IMG/VR virus record: IMGVR_UViG_2713896791_000015
Origin: a virus
Taxonomy: Duplodnaviria; Heunggongvirae; Uroviricota; Caudoviricetes
Strand: one strand, 5' to 3'
DNA: 22,098 nt
Part shown: one piece after another, positions 6,319 through 14,730 of the stretch
Numbering within the stretch: position 1 is the first letter of the stretch
Layout: every line of letters begins with the position of its first letter
Translations under genes and position numbers: made by a program
The notes under the pieces: generated by a model
The model's input: only the letters and a program-made list of their open reading frames with translations
The model's database searches: none
Told to the model about the DNA's origin: nothing

Positions 6319-8016
6319 GTGAATAAAAACATTCAGCCAGCTCGTGATCGCGAGCGCGAGATTATGAATCGGGCGGCAAGCGTCATGGCTATGACCGTCG
6401 ATCCGACCACCGATGCAGCAGGCAACATGATTGCTGACCAGGCAGTAATGATGGAAAACCTGGATAAAGCAATCCAGAAAGTGCCTATGTTTGAAGGCGT
6501 AAATCCAGAGGTCGCTCGTCAGATCACTGGTGGGTGGGCTATGTCTCTGCATGAGTATAAACGTCAACATGGTCATTACCCGGCAAGTGACATCCTGGCG
6601 AACGCACACATGGCTCTTGAACGCCTGATGACTGAATGTGCCAGTGATACCCATGAAGGCACGGGTAAGGCAATGTTTGAGTCTGTCGCGCAATCAATGC
6701 GTAGCTCTGACGGCGTAATGAAAGTTGCTCAATATGCTGCTCTAATTCTGCCTGCCTCTCTGGGCGCTGCTACCAGTGATGCCTGTACTTTTGTTCCTTG
6801 TGATCGTGACGAGTCAAATATTTATGAACTGGTCAACGTAGCAGGCACAAAATTCGGCACCTTCAAACAAGGTGACGAACTGAATATGCAGTCAGCTGGT
6901 GTTTATTCTCAAATGAAGCGCCTGTATACCCTTTCCACTAAAGGGGATGGCAGCACCAAAACCTTCCAGTTCGACATCCAAAATTTTGAGGGACAATCCT
7001 GCCCGCTTCGCGCTGGTTATAACAAACTGCTGATCAACCGCAAACCGTCCAAAGTTGACGACGGCGATGGCAACCTTTATTTCAATGCTAAAGACAGCAA
7101 AGGTAATGCTTTCTCAGCGACTGCCAAAGTTGCCTATGACACTGGTGTCATTGACATTACATTTACCCAGGCTCCGCCAGAAGGTACTGAAATTGCTGTT
7201 CAGGTCGAAATTAACATCGAGCGCAATCCAAGCCTGATTCCTGTGATCAACCAGGCTATGCGTAAGTACGAAGTTCGTCCGTCCCAGTACGTAATTGCTT
7301 CCGAACACACGGTAATGTCCGCATCCGATTTAAGCCGTGAGCACGGCCTTGAATTAGCGGCACTTCAGTTCTCCGCGATGCGTAACTGGATCTCCCATGA
7401 AACCGACATCATGCGTCTGCGCACCCTGGTATTCCATACCGTTTATGGTCGTGAATTTGATGTGGCTCTGCCGGAAGCTCAAAACTATGAGTCCTGGGTC
7501 GGCCTCCTGCGTCACGTAGTAAACGCTCTGTCTCAAGAAATGGCAAATCGTACCCTGACAACGGGTATTCGTGGCGGCTTTGCTGGTGGTGACGCCGCGA
7601 ACTTCCTGCGCTCTCTGCCTCCACAGCACTTCCAGATCGCACCAGGTTACGTTCAGTCGCCGTATGTACAGTACATCGGCACCCTGTTTGGCACGATTCG
7701 TATTTACGAAGTGCCGCAACCTGTCTGTGAGCAATTCCAGGCACAGGGATATGACTTCGGGCTGGATGACATCTTCTTCTATGGGCGTGGCGAAGGCATC
7801 GGTAAAGCCGGTCTGATTGCTGGTGATGCAGTCCCAGCAATCCCTTACGTGCACGAAACCAATCCGTCTCTCGTTAACCGTACCACTCTCTGGGGCAGTG
7901 CCATCAACGAAGTACATCCTCGCAACGGTGAAAACTACTTCACCCGCCTGCGTCTGACTCGTGCCAAAGAAGGTGCTATCGACATGCTGACAGGCAAGGT
8001 TAACGAAAAAAAGTGA
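6319..8016 (+). CDS. Large virion structural protein, candidate major capsid protein (first gene of the rightward structural operon)
   Basis: 565-aa ORF (GTG start) at the head of a long co-directional structural gene block, directly upstream of an Ig-like protein and the tail sheath; ends in the slippery heptamer A_AAA_AAG before its stop. Assignment is by position and size only. Confidence 0.4.
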   Translation: MNKNIQPARDREREIMNRAASVMAMTVDPTTDAAGNMIADQAVMMENLDKAIQKVPMFEGVNPEVARQITGGWAMSLHEYKRQHGHYPASDILANAHMALERLMTECASDTHEGTGKAMFESVAQSMRSSDGVMKVAQYAALILPASLGAATSDACTFVPCDRDESNIYELVNVAGTKFGTFKQGDELNMQSAGVYSQMKRLYTLSTKGDGSTKTFQFDIQNFEGQSCPLRAGYNKLLINRKPSKVDDGDGNLYFNAKDSKGNAFSATAKVAYDTGVIDITFTQAPPEGTEIAVQVEINIERNPSLIPVINQAMRKYEVRPSQYVIASEHTVMSASDLSREHGLELAALQFSAMRNWISHETDIMRLRTLVFHTVYGREFDVALPEAQNYESWVGLLRHVVNALSQEMANRTLTTGIRGGFAGGDAANFLRSLPPQHFQIAPGYVQSPYVQYIGTLFGTIRIYEVPQPVCEQFQAQGYDFGLDDIFFYGRGEGIGKAGLIAGDAVPAIPYVHETNPSLVNRTTLWGSAINEVHPRNGENYFTRLRLTRAKEGAIDMLTGKVNEKK

Positions 8017-8163
8017 TGGTGGCGAACGTGTCGGTATCACCAACGTCACTTGACGTAGATGAAGGTGAAACTATCGCCGCGAACACTTCAAAGGCACAGA
8101 AAAAAACAAAGCAGAAGTAAGGCAAAAACACGCCCCTGAATAAGGGGCGTTCAGGAGAAAAGA

Positions 8164-8442
8164 ATGGCAAACATTCAAGTAACTATCACGCCATCTGACG
8201 CAACAGACAAATCTTTCACTGTTGAGTCAGATCACCCTGAAATTGTCCAGGTTGATGGCACTACATGTACCGCTCTTAAGGCCGGGCAGGCAGTGCTGAC
8301 AATCAAAACAAATGACGGCAATAAAACCGCACAGTGCACAGTCACTGTTAGGGAGGCACCTAAAAGCGTAAGCGCCGTCAGTGTTGAACCAACTACGAAA
8401 GAAGTAACCGTAGGCGACAACTTCACGGTAAGCGAATCCTGA
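8164..8442 (+). CDS. Small bacterial Ig-like (Big_2-type) domain protein, probable virion decoration or accessory protein
   Basis: 92 aa; AGGAG SD; sequence TITPSDATDKSFTVESDHPEIVQVDGTTCTALKAGQAVLTIKTNDGNKTAQCTVTV follows the Big_2 pattern (ATVxxxGxVTAxxAGxAxIT...TVTV); begins a second Ig-like strand SAVSVEPTTKEVTVGD before the stop. Confidence 0.55.
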   Translation: MANIQVTITPSDATDKSFTVESDHPEIVQVDGTTCTALKAGQAVLTIKTNDGNKTAQCTVTVREAPKSVSAVSVEPTTKEVTVGDNFTVSES

Positions 8443-8509
8443 TCAGAGGCTGCCCATTAACCGTGGGTAGCCTTGCCTCGTTCTCTCGCTTTAGAGGATA
8501 AGAACCAGC

Positions 8510-10168
8510 ATGAATAAGATTAGTTTTTCGGTAGGGCAGGCAGCTGGCGTTGCTGTAATGTCAGTAAATGCTGACGCTACCCTCACCAATACCAGCGGTG
8601 GCGCATCCGTCTTTGCTGGGCTTGTAATATCGCGTCGTGGCGCACCGGGTAAGGTACTGAAAGTTGACGATACGACTTATCAAAGCGTATTAGGTTCACC
8701 GATTCACCCTCGCCAGGGCGCGGCATTTGAACCATATCGCCACGTGGAGCGTGCAGTAAAAGGCGGCTCTGGATATGTCGTTCGAGTTTGCGCTAAAGAC
8801 ATGAAGGTGCCTGGTATTTCTGTTTCCGTTGTGGGCAAAGCAAAAGCGGCAAAGGCGAGCAAAGAACTTTCCGTTGAACCTACTGAAACCACAGTAAATC
8901 CAGGTGACACATTAAGCGTTGGTGTTGCTTCAACTGCAACGACTCAATCAGTGTCCTTCACACCCAAAGAGACGCCCCAGATTAAAGGTGAAGAGAAGGC
9001 ATTATTCTTCATCAAAGATGGTGATGCATCTCAAAATCGCACGTTATCACTAACTCGCGATGATGAAGAAAGCGAACTCTTTACGCTGACGCTGAAAGAA
9101 AAACAAACCGATGGGTCCATTGAGGTGCTGGAAAGCCACCAAGTGTCTTTCAATCCAGAAGGCACTAACGACATGGGCCAACCAGCATGGATTCCGACAC
9201 TGCTTGAAAGCCAGTCCACTCGCATTGGTGCCGTACTGGCAGATAATGCAGAAGCATCCGCTGCTCAACTCATTTTTGAGGATGTAGCTTTTGAAGGTGG
9301 TACTGATGGAGATCTGTCCGAAATTGACACTGAAGACTATCTGGAAGCATTAAAGGTTCTCGAAGCTTCAGAGGTTAATTACACCGCATTGCTGTCACTG
9401 GGTTGTTATGACGCATCCGCCTTAGCCGCAATCAAAAAGCTGGCTGAAGATGTTCGCGTAGACATGTTCTATGACCTGAAGGGCAACCAGACACCTGAAA
9501 ACGCTATTTCAGAAGCGAAAAGCCATAGTTTTGGCGGCTCACATCAACCAAGCCGTTACTACTTCCCGCTCTCCTGCCGAGATACCTTCACTGGGATGAA
9601 TGTCGTCTATGGCATTAGTTGCGACGCATTCGTAGCAAAAGCAAAAGGGGTAGCGCTGGTACCGGATGTTGGTGGTTGGCATTACGCACCGGCAGGTATA
9701 TCACGCGCGATTATTGATCGACAGAACATTGCCCGAATTCCAAATATCGGTGCAGTTGATCGTGAAGCGTTCGTTCTTGCGCGCATTAATCCGGTTTCAG
9801 TTGCTGCTGATGGGTCCGTTTACATTGACGACTCTTTAACAACTTACAGCAAAAACAACTATCTGCGATTCCAGCATGTGTCTTCCTTGATGAACGCCAT
9901 CGCCAGAGATTTCTATGAAGTAGCTCAGGCGATTAAGCACGAACCGGATGGCATTACCAAAGAAACGCTAATGAAAGCAATGACTGAATTGCTTGACCGT
10001 TACGTTGCAGCCGGTGCGCTGGTTACTCCACGTGACAAGTCCCAGGGTGAAGATCCATATGTTGTTCAGGTTGTCCAAAAGGACATCGATCTGTGGGAAG
10101 TGTCCTGGTCTGTTTGTCCGACCGGTACAGCTCGCCGAATCGTCGGTAAGCCAATTCTGATGCGCTGA
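8510..10168 (+). CDS. Tail sheath protein (contractile tail), with an Ig-like insertion
   Basis: 552 aa; N-proximal APGKVLKVDDTT and C-terminal AGALVTP...YVVQVVQKDIDLWEVSWSVCPTGTARRIVGKP resemble, from memory, the conserved N- and C-terminal regions of P2 FI / T4 gp18 sheath proteins; internal GWHYAPAGISRAII resembles a sheath GWH motif; located upstream of tube-like genes. Confidence 0.6.
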   Translation: MNKISFSVGQAAGVAVMSVNADATLTNTSGGASVFAGLVISRRGAPGKVLKVDDTTYQSVLGSPIHPRQGAAFEPYRHVERAVKGGSGYVVRVCAKDMKVPGISVSVVGKAKAAKASKELSVEPTETTVNPGDTLSVGVASTATTQSVSFTPKETPQIKGEEKALFFIKDGDASQNRTLSLTRDDEESELFTLTLKEKQTDGSIEVLESHQVSFNPEGTNDMGQPAWIPTLLESQSTRIGAVLADNAEASAAQLIFEDVAFEGGTDGDLSEIDTEDYLEALKVLEASEVNYTALLSLGCYDASALAAIKKLAEDVRVDMFYDLKGNQTPENAISEAKSHSFGGSHQPSRYYFPLSCRDTFTGMNVVYGISCDAFVAKAKGVALVPDVGGWHYAPAGISRAIIDRQNIARIPNIGAVDREAFVLARINPVSVAADGSVYIDDSLTTYSKNNYLRFQHVSSLMNAIARDFYEVAQAIKHEPDGITKETLMKAMTELLDRYVAAGALVTPRDKSQGEDPYVVQVVQKDIDLWEVSWSVCPTGTARRIVGKPILMR

Positions 10169-10211
10169 TTTATAACCCCCGCTAAATGATGCGGGGGAGA
10201 GAGGTTTGAAT

Positions 10212-10946
10212 ATGAAAAATTATACTGCTGATCCTTTTATGCGTGCGATTTTCGGTTCTGGCTGCTTTGAAAGCGGTGATAAATCCACGCAGGACAATAA
10301 TGATAACGCCATGCTGGAAAGCGCAGGACAGAAAGGAAAGGACACTCAACCAAAGCCCAAAGACGACATTGAAACCGCGATGATGGAAGCGGTTGAATCC
10401 CGTGCACAAGGTGATATGCGCAGCCTGGCAGCTTCCATGCTTGCTGGTTGGGTTGAAGATGGTGATCCGGAGGCTGACTCATTTGATGCATTAGCAATCA
10501 CTATGGCTGGCCTGGCTGATATCGATGAAGACACCGATTTCACCGATGAGCAAATCGATGCTTATAACGATGCTCTCGCAGCTCTTGCTGATGCAGCTGT
10601 TGCGCTTGGCGCTGATCAGGATGATGTAACCGAAATGATCGACGATGAAGATGACTCAGCTGCCGAACGTGTTTATGACGCTCTTTCCGAAAGCGACACC
10701 GACATGATGGAAACAGCTATTGCCATTTACACCGTTGCTGGTGGTGATAGCGCAATGCTGGAAGCGGTACGTAAAAAAGTGGTTCGTGATGGCAAGGTTA
10801 CCATCATCCGTAAACGCCCGCGTCCTCGCCGCATGACGTCATTGCAAAAACAGGCGCTGAAAAAAGCACGCCGCAAAGCACATACATCCGTAGCGAATAT
10901 CAACCGCAAAAAATCAATGCGCATTCGCAAAAAACGCGGTTTGTAA
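10212..10946 (+). CDS. Highly acidic protein with polybasic C-terminal tail (possible scaffold, chaperone or ejected protein)
   Basis: GAGAGG SD 7 nt upstream of ATG at 10212; body rich in D/E (DIDEDTDFTDEQIDAYNDALAALADAAVALGADQDDVTEMIDDEDD); last 45 residues strongly basic (KRPRPRRMTSLQKQALKKARRKAH...RKKSMRIRKKRGL). Confidence 0.55.
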   Translation: MKNYTADPFMRAIFGSGCFESGDKSTQDNNDNAMLESAGQKGKDTQPKPKDDIETAMMEAVESRAQGDMRSLAASMLAGWVEDGDPEADSFDALAITMAGLADIDEDTDFTDEQIDAYNDALAALADAAVALGADQDDVTEMIDDEDDSAAERVYDALSESDTDMMETAIAIYTVAGGDSAMLEAVRKKVVRDGKVTIIRKRPRPRRMTSLQKQALKKARRKAHTSVANINRKKSMRIRKKRGL

Positions 10947-10995
10947 GTGACATAGGCCGCCTGCAAAGGTGGCCTCTACCTGGGAGAAATAGCGT

Positions 10996-11586
10996 TTGAT
11001 TTGCGGCGCGATAATGCCTGACGGAATAAGTCCGTTAATGAAGGTTTATATCCTCTCTTCAGAGGATATGGTCGTCGGTTATATCGGTGAAGGCTCTACC
11101 GCAGAACTGTCATCAATGTGGCAATCACCATTTGAAAATCAGTCAGTAGGAGGTTTGCTTGGCGGTATTAGCGCTGCGGCTGGCTCTCTTGCAGATACGC
11201 TTCAGACCGCAACCGGCGTAACAACAAAAACCCTCTTCAACTCAATGCTTGTTTGGGAAGGTCAGCAACCGCCTGAATTTAATCTGGTAATTGATTTCAT
11301 GGCGACAACGAACGCGCAACTTGAAGTGAACGCAGCCATTACAGCATTGCTGAAGATGGAATCGCCGGAACTGAACAATGTAGCGCCATTCGGTCGTCGC
11401 CCGGAGACAGTAACGTTAAACATAGGTAGGAACATAGCCCTTACCGACGTTGTTATCAAAAGCGTGAGTTACCAACTGGACGCCCCACGCACACCGGAAG
11501 GCTATTTCACTCATAACACGGTAACCCTGCAATGCAGCGGAAACACCTCGATTAACCGTAGCAACATATCATCTGTTTTTGTGTAG
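10996..11586 (+). CDS. Hypothetical virion protein, possibly tail-tube family or tube initiator
   Basis: About 190 aa between sheath and tube genes; start uncertain (TTG 10996 with GGGAGA SD, or ATG at 11014 / 11038); segment PEFNLVIDFMATT is reminiscent of tube-protein N-terminal strands. Confidence 0.45.
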   Translation: MICGAIMPDGISPLMKVYILSSEDMVVGYIGEGSTAELSSMWQSPFENQSVGGLLGGISAAAGSLADTLQTATGVTTKTLFNSMLVWEGQQPPEFNLVIDFMATTNAQLEVNAAITALLKMESPELNNVAPFGRRPETVTLNIGRNIALTDVVIKSVSYQLDAPRTPEGYFTHNTVTLQCSGNTSINRSNISSVFV

Positions 11587-11594
11587 GAGTATTT

Positions 11595-12086
11595 ATGTCC
11601 GGTTTTGCAAATACAAAAGCCGATATCGCTTTTCTGAAATCCCGGTTGAACAAAAACCTGGCAGCGGGCGAAAAACTTATTGGTTCAGAATTCTGGATGA
11701 CTATTAAAGGTTACGAAAAACTATCTGTACTTGTTCGTACCACTCAGTTGCCAGAAATGACACGCGAAGACGTGGAAGACTATGGTCCTGGCGGCATGAA
11801 GATCAACCAGCACGGGCCATTGCGTAACTCAGGTGAATTCCAGGTCACCTGCTCTGAAACCATCGAAGGGGATGTTCTGGCAGCCGTAAAACAAATGGTA
11901 TATGGCAAAGAATATCTGGAAATTACCTTACAGGCAGCGGCTGAATCCAATAGCGGTAACCATAAAGGTCTGATCCGCACATATTATCACTGCAAAGTGT
12001 ATTCCGACGCAGTGGACTTCTCCACCGAAGACGTAACAGCAGTCGTTAAGCCTTCCCTGCGTATTGTTTACAACTGGGTAGAGTGA
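11595..12086 (+). CDS. Tail tube protein (gp19 / FII-like)
   Basis: 163 aa; AGGAG SD; GEFQVTCSE and C-terminal KPSLRIVYNWVE resemble, from memory, T4 gp19 (NFTFQCKA ... TLALDYWE); size and position after the sheath gene are canonical. Confidence 0.55.
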   Translation: MSGFANTKADIAFLKSRLNKNLAAGEKLIGSEFWMTIKGYEKLSVLVRTTQLPEMTREDVEDYGPGGMKINQHGPLRNSGEFQVTCSETIEGDVLAAVKQMVYGKEYLEITLQAAAESNSGNHKGLIRTYYHCKVYSDAVDFSTEDVTAVVKPSLRIVYNWVE

Positions 12087-12093
12087 TCTCTTT

Positions 12094-12110
12094 CCCGCCC
12101 TTGTGGCGGG
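12094..12110 (+). terminator. GC-rich hairpin downstream of the tube gene (terminator or attenuator-like)
   Basis: CCCGCC-CTTGT-GGCGGG stem-loop 8 nt after the tube stop codon, followed by a T-containing stretch AACTCCTTGTATTTGAGTT rather than a clean T-run. Confidence 0.35.
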
Positions 12111-12138
12111 AACTCCTTGTATTTGAGTTGTAGGTACG

Positions 12139-12690
12139 ATGACACCAACCGAATTATTAGAAAGCGTTAAAGCACGATTTAATCCACTGCTTGTGCGTGA
12201 AGAAGAAACGCTGAAAGCCTTCCTGATCAAAGCTCTGACCACGTATCAGGACAGGGCAGGGGTAGTGAAAACGTTAAAACTTGAAAAAGCTGGTGGTACT
12301 GCAATCCCATTACCAGAAGATTATCTCTCTCTGGTTCATGTTACCGACAACAATGGCCTGTTGGTCTATTCGGATGAATTATCCGGATTTATTGAATTAG
12401 AGCTAACAGGTTCAGAGCGCTGGCCTTTTCGAATGCTGTATCTGGTTAATCTACGCGACAGAAAGCTGGATGAATGGCAAGTGCCTCCTGCAATCATTGG
12501 AATGCTGGAGGAATATCTAGAGGCGCTTATCAATGTAAGAAATGTCGCTCGGCAGCGTAGAGCGTCCATCGACGGGAAATTTGACTACTCCGATCTGCCC
12601 GATGAAGCCACGCTATATGCCCGCGTGCAGGAGATTGAGGAAAAAATGTCCTCAAACCGGGCCATTATTCCGGGGGCTACCATTTTTTAA
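12139..12690 (+). CDS. Hypothetical tail-module protein (possible tail assembly chaperone)
   Basis: 183-aa ORF between the tube gene and the next tail gene; acidic, helical; no motif recognised; call by position only. Confidence 0.45.
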   Translation: MTPTELLESVKARFNPLLVREEETLKAFLIKALTTYQDRAGVVKTLKLEKAGGTAIPLPEDYLSLVHVTDNNGLLVYSDELSGFIELELTGSERWPFRMLYLVNLRDRKLDEWQVPPAIIGMLEEYLEALINVRNVARQRRASIDGKFDYSDLPDEATLYARVQEIEEKMSSNRAIIPGATIF

Positions 12691-12705
12691 CGCTGGAGGC
12701 GCAGA

Positions 12706-13413
12706 GTGAGTATTTTCAGCAGCGTTGGTAGAACGTTGACCACCGCATTGTCATTTAACACGAAATCATTCACCAGCAACCTCATTAGCGACATTCTTGA
12801 TAAAGCCATATCAGGCGGCGGGGTAAGCGGGAATTACAGTAGCGATATTGCCTACGGGAAAAATATTGTTGCTGCCGCTATGCGTATCCGTTACGCCCAG
12901 GGGTGGCAGTGGACCGTTGAAGTGGATGGTCTGAACGGCTTCGATATGTTCGTGAAGGATATCACCTACAGCAGTGGGAACATCGAGACAGAAAGCAAGG
13001 TGATCGGCAGCGTAGAATTCAGCAAGCCAACCTATGTTAGCGCCGGACCGGTCACTATGACCGTGAGGGATACCGAAGATGGCAAGATCATGGACTGGTT
13101 CAAAGAGCGTCGTTCTCGTGTAACAAATCCTGATGGAACAATAAACCTTCCTCCTGAATATCTGATGAAAATCCGTGTCTACCGGGTGACTCAGGACGGC
13201 GGAAAAGAACTGGAAGAAGAAATGCGCGTATTTCCTACGCAACTTGGGGAAATCACACGCTCACGTGATCAGGTGTCAGAGTTCTTGTCATACCCAATCA
13301 CTTTCCAGAAATACACATCCGCAGGCTCAGGTGTTTCTGCTTTGGTCAACGGTGCCGCTGGCATGGCTACAAGTGCGTTAAAGGGGGCTGTGAGTGGAGT
13401 GATCAAATTCTGA
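12706..13413 (+). CDS. Hypothetical tail-module protein
   Basis: 235-aa ORF, GTG start with GGAGG SD 6 nt upstream; same frame as the preceding ORF, separated by a single TAA; no motif recognised. Confidence 0.45.
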   Translation: MSIFSSVGRTLTTALSFNTKSFTSNLISDILDKAISGGGVSGNYSSDIAYGKNIVAAAMRIRYAQGWQWTVEVDGLNGFDMFVKDITYSSGNIETESKVIGSVEFSKPTYVSAGPVTMTVRDTEDGKIMDWFKERRSRVTNPDGTINLPPEYLMKIRVYRVTQDGGKELEEEMRVFPTQLGEITRSRDQVSEFLSYPITFQKYTSAGSGVSALVNGAAGMATSALKGAVSGVIKF

Positions 13414-13464
13414 ATAGCTTTAATTATGTGTGCTGGAGGGTTGCTCATTTCCCGTCAGCACCCA

Positions 13465-13800
13465 CGCCCTCAACGATAGCGGGTAGGGAAGGTAGCGCAA
13501 TTTTGAGGGCATTTTTTACATCATCAATTCATCTGTAATGAAGGCATTCTTTACACATTTCAATAATATCAATCAGTTAACACAGTGAATGATAATAAAA
13601 AAGCGCAATAAGAATGCACGATACGCACGATATTGGTTGAGGGCGATTTTTACATAGTCCTTACATATCAATACGTTATATAAAAACACAACTTGCTAAT
13701 AACAATATACATGCAATTAAGATGTAAAAATTGCCCTCAATTGCCGATCGTTAAGGGCAAATTCTACACCTTGAGAGGGGTGTAAAAATTGCCCTTAAGA
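13465..13800. repeat. incC-like iteron cluster downstream of repE (mixed orientations)
   Basis: Iteron-like copies TGAGGGCATTTTTTACATCA (13504), TGAGGGCGATTTTTACATAG (13638), inverted GATGTAAAAATTGCCCTCAA (13721), TTAAGGGCAAATTCTACACC (13750), inverted GGTGTAAAAATTGCCCTTAA (13781, overlapping the repE stop), partial inverted GCCCTCAA (13466). Confidence 0.75.
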
Positions 13801-14550
13801 CTGCTGATAGGTAAATTTTATCCTGGTAACTTTGCCGCCTTCCGTCACCTCTGAGAAGACTATTTTCATTTTTGTATTTTTTTCAATCTCTGCTACAGCC
13901 TTCGTTAAAAAACTTCTCTTAAATTCGGCATACCGCTGATAGCTTTTTGGTAACCCATAACGCTCCCGCATCCATTCGACGCCAAGTATGGCAAAGCCGC
14001 TTCCATCATCCTTCCTGTACTGGCATAAGGACTCATAAAGCCGCATAGAATAAGGATTTGTAAGGCGAGATACTTCGGTAAAATTCAGCCTTGTGAATCT
14101 CTTATCAAGCAGAGTAAAAAACGGCATGAGATATGGATTAAGATGAATAATGTAAGTCCCGCGCCGTGGTGAATAGGCATCCTTAATCATCCAAGGATAA
14201 GACTCATAACTGTCTTCTGATTCGGTCGATTCATCAGGGTTATATATCGTAACTTTCTTCTCGCTAAGCCCTGAAATGGCCTTACGAATATCCTTGCTGG
14301 CTTCAGCAGAGGGCAAATTATACATCTCTGCATATTCGTTGACCGTCAACTCACAGGCACCTGAACCAAGAACGCCATCCTTAGAAGCATAGCGAAGTCT
14401 TCCCACCACAATAAACAACAGTCGCTTTTGGTCGCGAGTCAGGTGATAAGCAGCCTCCGTGATCTCATTGGCTTGTGCCAAACTACGACTAATAGGTGTC
14501 GCTGACTCAATCAGGCTGACGGCTTTTGCTGTTAATTCCGCTCTGTTCAT
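13795..14550 (-). CDS. repE: Iteron-binding replication initiator, RepE (F plasmid RepFIA)-like
   Basis: 251 aa from ATG at 14550 (ORF-track TTG at 14583 lies inside an iteron). Segments LTEAAYHLTRDQKRLLF, SAEASKDIRKA, NPYSMRLYESLCQYRKDDGSG and SYQRYAEFKRSFL closely match my recollection of F RepE; flanked on both sides by iterons resembling the F ori2 repeat. Confidence 0.8.
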   Translation of the reverse strand: MNRAELTAKAVSLIESATPISRSLAQANEITEAAYHLTRDQKRLLFIVVGRLRYASKDGVLGSGACELTVNEYAEMYNLPSAEASKDIRKAISGLSEKKVTIYNPDESTESEDSYESYPWMIKDAYSPRRGTYIIHLNPYLMPFFTLLDKRFTRLNFTEVSRLTNPYSMRLYESLCQYRKDDGSGFAILGVEWMRERYGLPKSYQRYAEFKRSFLTKAVAEIEKNTKMKIVFSEVTEGGKVTRIKFTYQQS

Positions 14551-14574
14551 AACCCTGTGTGATCCTTCAAATGG

Positions 14575-14692
14575 TGAGGGCAATTTTTACATCACTTTGA
14601 GGGCAATTACTACACCTTTTGAGGGCAAATCTTACACCTTTTGAGGGCAAATCTTACACCGATCGTATTTAATTGAGGGCAAATCTTACACC
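14575..14692. repeat. Origin iterons: five direct repeats of about 19 bp (TGAGGGCAAATCTTACACC family) at 22-23 bp spacing
   Basis: TGAGGGCAATTTTTACATCA (14575), TGAGGGCAATTACTACACC (14598), TGAGGGCAAATCTTACACC (14620 and 14642, identical), TGAGGGCAAATCTTACACC (14674); spacing of about two helical turns. Confidence 0.85.
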
Positions 14693-14730
14693 AGCCTCCT
14701 CTACAGCCCGCGCCACTACTGGCTCCAGCG

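Noticed and set aside
7354-8049. 231-aa and 143-aa minus-strand ORFs inside the 565-aa structural gene
   Set aside because: Fully antisense to a long, well-supported ORF; typical shadow ORFs in GC-balanced coding sequence.
8164-9100. Recurring Ig-like strand motif SVEPT in three places (frameshift extension, end of the 92-aa gene, inside the sheath gene) as evidence of a fragmented multi-Ig gene
   Set aside because: The frames do not connect (stops at 8118 and 8137 in the relevant frames; TAG at 8492 upstream of the sheath start); more simply explained by independent Ig-like segments. Retained only as context for the frameshift finding.
12688-12708. ORFs 12139..12690 and 12706..13413 are in the same frame, separated by a single TAA, suggesting readthrough or a split gene
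   Set aside because: The second ORF has its own strong GGAGG SD and GTG start; same-frame adjacency has a one-in-three chance; no readthrough context seen. Worth a glance in relatives only.
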